A DNA stretch of 64,000 nt from the human T2T-CHM13v2.0 reference genome, Homo sapiens. Made by a program: the position numbers and the translations under genes. Shown here in pieces: positions 56,312 through 64,000 of the stretch (its first letter is position 1; every line of letters starts with the position of its first letter). The notes under the pieces were generated by a model, which did no database searches, was not told the DNA's origin, and saw nothing but the letters and a program-made list of their open reading frames with translations. The stretch lies in assembly GCF_009914755.1 (NCBI RefSeq), contig NC_060942.1; one strand, written 5' to 3'.

Positions 56312-58048
56312 CTCTTTTTAGAAAGTATGAAACATTTAAAACTAAATATCTTATTCTTTAGATATTTCTGATTTTGATACCAATAAAATATTTAGCTTCC
56401 TAAACTCTAGGAAAGCTACAGTTTAGATTTTCTCAGCATCTCATGAGTAAACAGTTCTACCTTTCATTTCTACTATGATATTTCATCCTTAAAAAATATA
56501 GTGTGAATCATTTCAATCTCTGACTTTTATTTTTCTATAGGCAAAGAAGCAGTGAGAGAGAGAACGAGAGAATGTATGAACGAATGGGGTCTTAACCACG
56601 ATTATTAGATCTCACCAGTTACAAATAATCAAGTTAGTTATGCCTCCAATTTTTTTTAAATAAAAAGGAATGATACAGTTAGCATTTATTGTTTTAGATC
56701 AGTTTTCAAGGCAATCTTACCTAGATTTACTTCCTGCTGAGCTAAAATCTCTGCAGGGAATCTGTGAGTAAAATTATCACTGACATTAGGAAGGAAAAAC
56801 ACTGGCAACTCCGCGATGGCTACAGTAACACATTTCTAAAGGGAAGTAAATTGCCAATGTTTACTCTTGACCAGGGAGAAAGGAGCCTGTCACTAGCACA
56901 CCATGCTAGGAGGAGGACACCAACATTTTAAATATCTAGAACATTACAAAGCCCTCCTTGTGGCCATTTCTGCAGGTGATTCAGTTAACACTCCTTTCAT
57001 GGCACATGTCCTAGAACTCAGACTTAGAAAAGGACCTAACGCAGTTTTGTGTTGCCAAGCACGCAAGCAGAGACTGCTGTTTCTGAGATAATACGTTAAT
57101 TTCTGAAGAACAAAAGGTTCAAACCTGACTACTCCAAAATAGCAACCACTAGGCTGCACAAGACTGTGTAACTGATTAGGGCAAAATAACCTGCCAGTAA
57201 GAGGCAAAAACTTTGTCATGAAGACATTAAATAACTTTGCATCCACTTTCATACAAAAATTGAACGGCAATTGTGGATCTGTACAAAGAAGCCAAGCAAC
57301 AAAAAATGGGGACTAAAACAGGTGATTGGAAGGAGAAAGTCTATTCTGAATCAAAACTATGCTATGCATCTTGGCTCCGTGCACTTTAGGTTTATTTGCA
57401 CACTCTTTTTAGAAAGAGTAGGGGGTTGGGATTCAAGGCGGATGAAAGAGTTATTTATGAACAGACGGGACACCAGGATGGGGTGGTAAGAAAGCTATGG
57501 AGGAGTGTCTGGACTTGTGGATAAAGGAAGAAGCAGACATATGGGGAAATCTATATAGAAGAAACAGAGAGAGTGAAGAAGAGGCTAAAACAGGCAGATG
57601 GCTGGACGGTAAAGGAATAGCATTATGCGGGGGCTCTGAAGGAGGGGAGGTGGCCCTGAAAAGGGGGGGGGGAAACAGCTAAGGGGGAAAAAGAGGGTCA
57701 GGAGGTGACTGCTTAGAAAGTTTTTTTGAAAGTTGCAAAAATTAGATATGGATAAAAATATTTTAAATATATATTTAAAAGCCAGGAGGAAAAAAACAAA
57801 ATGAAAAAGATATCTACTTAAAAAATATATTCACATGAAAAACAGTGTTCAAAATTAACAGCAAACATTTCTGACAGAAGTGTGAAGAAATTATAACTAA
57901 TAAAAACTACAGATCTATAGAGAAGGGTCCTCTTGAAACAGACATTCTATGAAACTACCACTAGACTGCAAATGACACTCTGGTACACCTTTCTGAATTG
58001 CATTCCTGAAACAGAGTAGGCATTTTCTGGGATACCAGAGCATTTTCT

Positions 58049-58355
<307 letters not shown>

Positions 58356-59889
58356 TACCAGAGCATTTTCTATACCATCTCTCGTAACACTCATTATGCT
58401 GGATAAAAAGTATTTGCTTCCAGCTCTAAGGATTGGTACTGTGACTTATTAATCTTTATATTCCCAGTGTTTACCACGATGATTGGTATGAAGAAAGGAT
58501 CGCTAAGTAGAGAATGGGGGAAGGAAAATAATTAAAAGTTACCTTATAAATCCCAACAAAGATAGCAAAATAGAAATATAGAGATATGGATGTATACACT
58601 GTATATATATAAACACACACATACATATAAATCATGCATGGACACATGAGGATAATTTTGCTACTACTATGGCTACTACTATTTTGTAGAGGAATAGTAT
58701 TTCACTGCTAATATTCAGCAATTTGCTAAATGTGATCAATATTCAGCAGATTAATAAATGGTATCTGTGTTATTCTATCATGTGAATGACTCCAGTCCTC
58801 ACTGGATGGCTCAGAATACCAATAAAGCCTAGAAAAGTTATAAATTGTGCTTGGGTATGTTCCACTTTCCAAGACTTATTATGGAATTCATAAGCATTTA
58901 AGAATAAAGACCCTCTTGAGACAACTAATACAGACACACTTTGCTTAGTCTGATAAACATCAGCCATGACCAATCAATACTATACTCAAACATGGTGAAT
59001 ATAATCTGGCATATCTGTTTAGAAATTTTTATTTCGGCTTCTTGCTTAAATACAAAAATAGCTGTCAAAAATATAAAACTTGCATAGGATGCAAATGTAC
59101 CAAATTTGTATTTCATTGAATAGTTAGGGTTTGCCACCACAAATGGCTTTAAAGTCGGATTTACTCCCATTACTAAATTCAAAGAAATAAGAAGGTAATT
59201 AGGAGTAAGCACAGAGAAGTGGGTCATTTTAAGCCACATAAGGTCCATATATCTTAGGCCCACAGTGTTATTTTCAAAAAGGAATCACCTAGCTTGTACT
59301 TCATGAAGTGAATCTTCAATGAACAACCATCAGTTCTGGTGATATGATTAAATATGGATTAAGGAGTTAATAGTCATTGCCATCCTCATCATCATCATCA
59401 TCAACACGCCATGGCTAGATCCCCAATCCTTAAACCTCAGGTGCCATCTGCCAAGTCACAGCAACTTCTAAGGAGCTGTCTAGTGGGCCCTTGGTGGCTC
59501 TTCCAAACCAATCTCTTCCAAATTAAAGTGAGGGCACAAGGGAGCTAATTTCTTTTGGAAGGCTGGTACCAAGGAAAGCTGAAAAGCCACCAAAGGAAGA
59601 TAGAAAACCGTAATATGACCACTTCTGATAAGTACTGTCAAACCTAAACATACAAAGATGTGTCCTATTCTCTCACTAGTTTCATAGATTTGGAATATAA
59701 ACAATGGAGCTGCAGGTCATGCACACTGCAAACTTCAAGAGGCAGTTCTAGCTTAAAGGATGGTCCCATCAAAGGCCCTTCTAACCCTAAAGTTCTATAA
59801 TTCCACTGATATGCACTGAGTTCTACTCTGAAAAGGCAATTCCTGTCCCTTTACTCTTCGAAAGAGTTCACAGAAATGCCATGACTGCC

Positions 59890-60120
59890 TGGGACTGGTC
59901 TCCTATCTAGTAATAAGAGCTCTGAATTCTAATTTAGGTTCCATCCACACTAACCGGCAAGCATGTTTCCAAATTCCACATTCCTTAACTTACCTCTCTG
60001 TGAAATGGAGACACAATAGCTGCCTTCTTAATAGGGATGTACATAAAGGTATTATAAAACATGGAAAAAAACAAAAAATCACCAACACAGTGTAGTTATA
60101 TGACATAAGTGTTACTATTT
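59890..60120 (+). mobile_element. MIR-family SINE
   Basis: gagctctgaattctaat...ctctctgtgaaatggag...atagggatgt. Confidence 0.5.
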
Positions 60121-60979
60121 CTGCTCCCCATATGTTTCCATTCTGCCCTCCTTTCTATCAAGTGGCACAATGGAACAAAATGTGGTTCAAAACAAAACAA
60201 AACACCAGCAGGACTACATGTTTAACTATCCTTAATATACTTCATGTTCAAAAATACAACAAGAAACACCCCTGATTAAAGTCTGCCAATCAACAACCGC
60301 AATAAAACCAGCCTCCCAGGGAGCGTATGGCTGCAGGGCATGCAACCCACCTTCCCCCATTATTACAGGCAGGCTCAGGTAAAGCACTCTGGCTTCTATC
60401 AAAGGGCACATCAAAGAGCAAATATGTACCCTCACATGTTTAGAATTGCTATAAAACCTGAAAATGCAAGATCAATGCAACAGACCACGGGGACCCATAA
60501 AGCCCAGAGGAAGTCAGTCAGGGCAGGGTCTACCTGGTTAATGTTATCCTGAGAGGGTGGGTTCTCTGGGCACACAGCTGGAACCCATTAGAGCCTCCTC
60601 AGCTGCTCTCAAGATCACCTCATAGCCTCAGCTCCCAAAAGCTGCAAGTCTGAGCTGGAAATTCATAAGACAGTATCTTCAAAGATAAGTTTTCCTAGAC
60701 CTTCTCCAACCTTTCTTGACGTTTTTCACAATGAAACATTTAGTGAAAATGTAACTGTGAATTTCCATGTAACAATGTCTAGCCTCCTTCCAATACACAA
60801 AAACAGTACAACACAAGTTTCTTAAATGACCACTAATAAAATCCCTTCAGTACCAATCATTTTCTGGGGCCCAAATAAGGTATCAGACTGTTCTTTTCAT
60901 CACCATGTTTCTGTGTTCTTCTTCCCTGTACCTCCACCTCTTATCGTCTCATCTACCTTTCCCTTGTTCTTTCTTTTAA

Positions 60980-61560
60980 GAAAATACTTACTGAGCATCC
61001 ACCCTGTGCCAGGCACTGAGGACCCAGTACAGGTTAAGTATCCCTTATCTCAAAGGCTTAGGATCAGAAGTGTTTTGGATGTCTAATTTTTTGGGATTTT
61101 TGAATATTTGCATATACATGAGGCAACTTTGGGGTGAGAACCAAGTTTCAACATGAAATGTATTTTATGTTTCATATGCAGCTTCATGTATACCTTACAC
61201 ACATGGGCTAAAGGTAATTTTACAAAATATTTTTGATAATTTTGTGCATAAAACAGTTTGCGTACTTTGGAACAACAGAAAAAGCAAAGGTGTCACTATC
61301 TCATGTCAGTGTTCAAAGGTTTTGGAATTTGGAGCATTTCAGATTAGGGACGCTCAACCTGTAATGCTTAAGACTGGGCCTTCATGGAACTTACATGGGT
61401 AGTGAAAGGGAAAGCAATGCAGAGACACACCATAAATGAATGCACAAATAGGTCCCATAGACAGTAAGTTCCATGAAGAAAAATACAGCAAATAAGGGCA
61501 CTGGGGGTGCTTTACTGAGGAAGAGACACATAAGTGAGGGATGGTAGACTTGGGAAGGGG
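60980..61560 (-). mobile_element. L2 3' fragment interrupted by Tigger4
   Basis: aaatacttactgagcatccaccctgtgccaggcactg before the insertion; ggccttcatggaacttaca after it. Confidence 0.6.
61030..61361. mobile_element. Tigger4 (Zombi/MER46)-type TcMar DNA transposon
   Basis: TIRs caggttaagtatccctta and ttagggacgctcaacctg, flanked by TA on both sides. Confidence 0.88.
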
Positions 61561-61837
61561 CTCCAAGCCCCTCTACTCCCTCGTCAGTTGCTCCCTCCCC
61601 TGTCTGCACTCATCAAAAGACAAAGCTTAGAATGTCCACCCAGACTTCTTCACTGTTTTAGAGAATAAGACACAGCAGAGTAGCGGCTGGGACTTAAAAG
61701 AGTTGCCTTCTTTCCTTCTCTGCAACCCTACTGCTCTTTGTACAAGCAAATCAGGACTCTTCTCAAGTGAAACTGAAAATTCAGCTTAAAAAAAACCCCT
61801 TTTCAAGACTGTGAAATCTACCACATCAGTAGCTTTT

Positions 61838-61995
61838 AAAATATCATGATGTAACTTTATATTCCACTACATGCCTGTGAACATGTCAACAGAATGACAC
61901 AGTGGTGAATGAATGAAAAATATCACGATGTAACTTCATATTCCACTACATGACTGTGAGCATGCCAATAGAATGACACAGTAATGAATGAATGA
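61838..61995. repeat. 79-bp tandem duplication (about 8 mismatches)
   Basis: aaaatatcatgatgtaac...gaatgaatga occurs twice at a period of 79. Confidence 0.9.
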
Positions 61996-61999
61996 GAAA

Positions 62000-62120
62000 A
62001 ACTAACAGTGAGCACCTACTATGTGTCCAATCTATTCTATCTCACCCTTTCTCACAACAACAAATGTGCACAGGGAATTCTTGTCATCATCATTTACACT
62101 GAGAAAACTGAGGTTCTGTT
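62000..62120 (-). mobile_element. MIR SINE
   Basis: tgagcacctactatgtg...ctcacaacaac...tttacactgagaaaactgagg. Confidence 0.7.
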
Positions 62121-63939
62121 TCCATTCCTTGTGCCCTTTCACAATTCCTTATAAAGGCACTTTACCATAGCCAACACATCCTGGTTAAACTACAGAATTA
62201 TAATCTGCATTAAGGTTACCAATAACACCACGTGAGACACTGTGTTCCAGTAGTCAGCTAAGAACAGTCTTAAATCATTTCAGGGTTCGTGCTCTCTTTG
62301 TTTTAACTCCAGTGTGATCTCTACTGGTGTATTAAAGTCATGAGTTAGCAAACTCTTAGCAGCGGACTCAGCCTATGAAGATATAAGGGTCTGTCATAAA
62401 TTGTTAAGGTGGGAAAACCTTAGCAGTCTTTGAAGAATTCAAACTCTGCACTAAAATGAGAAAAAAACCTGCAGCGACCATTTTTGTTTTACTTAAGTAT
62501 AAACAGCAGTAATGGGAAGGAAAATGTGTAAGCCTAGATTTTCAGAACTGCTATATTAGAAACAAAAGTTATACAAATTCTTTTTCTGATTATTATAAGG
62601 AAGAAAATTATAACACTACCAAGCTTTAAAAATTAGTTTTCTTACTCTTTTCATTGTCTGTGAACTCTACTGGATCAATTGAGAAAATGTGGCAATAAAA
62701 TATATTTTTTCTTGGAGGCAAATCCTAAAACAGAAAGCAAAATCATCTCCTTTTTGCCAAAGGCACACACTAATTGAAACAGAAATAAAACATGAAATGG
62801 AAAAGAGATAAAGATACAAAGTTATTTCTTGGTCCAATTAGTAGGTAGAGAGTTAAACAAATTATCAGTTCAAGGCATTCTATGAGTTTCAGCATTAAAA
62901 ATCAGAAGTAAAATAGCTGTAAAACAACATGCACCTGGTCTTGATAGTAGACTCAACAGCAATTTCAAGAAAGTAATATTTTACATCTGGAAACAGTCCG
63001 ATGACAAATGAGAACAAACCAGTAAATTCATAAAAGGATCTTACTGAAGATTTTATTTTTTTAAAGAACAGTGTTTCCACATTCTCAATCTGAGATATAT
63101 TTTACATAAAACTGTACTTCATACTCTTCAGCGGACTAGCCTGGACCCAATATAAAATAACTAAAGTTGCGTTATTTTTCACAATTCATGTTTCAAACAA
63201 TCCCCTACATTTCAAAGTTATAGTACTCCCATTGGCAAATATATAGAAACAACATCAATGCTAATTTTTTTAAGTTTTTCACATCATGGTCTTCAAGCAT
63301 CCCAAAGAACATTTTAACTATTAATAAATCAATATTTTCCTACTATAAATTACAGAAAACAATTACTCTTGAAAGTTCTAGAAACAAAATTCCTCCAATA
63401 GTCAAACGTACATTCATATTTAACAACAGTAAGGGTGGGAGGAGGAACTGTGATGACCTCTTTAAACCTCTTTCAGCTTCAGACCATGAAACCATAGCTC
63501 TATAGGAACAAATCTACAAAAGAACACAATTATACTTAATACAAACACAGTAACCTAGTGCCATCCTAAAAGCATACTTTCAGAACTTGGTGACTCTGCA
63601 AAAACATACTTGCAGTCAACACAAAGAGTTATTCAGAAAAACGTATCGGAAGATAAAAAATGTATAGTTATTAGAATGTTGCCCCAACATATAAGACATA
63701 TGACAATGCTGTATTCAAACCATATTATTAGAACTATCACAAGACAGATTTCCAAAGACTGCCGATAGAAACAATAAATACATTCAACAAACAAATGTTT
63801 TAAAATTTCTGAGGAGTAAACATTATGAGTTTCATTGCCAGTAAAACTGAATAAATTTGCTCAAAGAACAAATTTTGTATGTATGTATATTACAAAGTAT
63901 GTATCTTCCATCATACTTTTAAAAGTACTTCCAGTTTCT

Positions 63940-64000
63940 GGCCGGGTGTGGTGGCTCACGCCTGTAATCCCAGCACTTTGGGAGGCCGAGGCGGGCAGAT
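63940..64000 (+). mobile_element. Alu 5' end (cut by the window edge)
   Basis: ggccgggtgtggtggctcacgcctgtaatcccagcactttgggagg. Confidence 0.93.

Noticed and set aside
62935-62986. Possible 52-nt minus-strand exon (DVKYYFLEIAVESTIKT)
   Set aside because: Weak donor GTGCAT, frameshifting length, and no recognised homology.

Overview
Human genomic DNA: AT-rich, CpG-poor, with 12 Alu copies (one AluYa5) and MIR, L2, L1, MLT1 and DNA-transposon remnants. I place the window inside a large intron of TCF4 (E2-2/ITF2, chr18q21.2, minus strand), from two recalled landmarks. (1) A 47-bp fold-back hairpin at 6310-6412 carries the mature sequences I recall for hsa-miR-4529-5p/3p. (2) A minus-strand alternative first exon at 37680-37698 encodes MEEDSR followed by a phase-1 donor, matching the N-terminus I recall for a short TCF4 isoform (TCF4-F). 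Plus-strand splice and poly(A) signals fit the antisense lncRNAs TCF4-AS1 (3' end near 10.0 kb) and TCF4-AS2 (3' end near 23.4-23.7 kb). No constitutive coding exon is visible, and the listed six-frame ORFs look like Alu-derived or chance ORFs. The most interesting observations are these: the MIR4529 hairpin is fully paired on the TCF4-sense strand; the alternative first exon has uORFs; there is a phase-compatible candidate TCF4 exon at about 16.9 kb; a young AluYa5 lies inverted to a nearby Alu; and several local duplications do not look transposon-driven. I do not see a demonstrably new biological system. The locus identity and repeat subfamily names come from memory and need BLAT/RepeatMasker confirmation.
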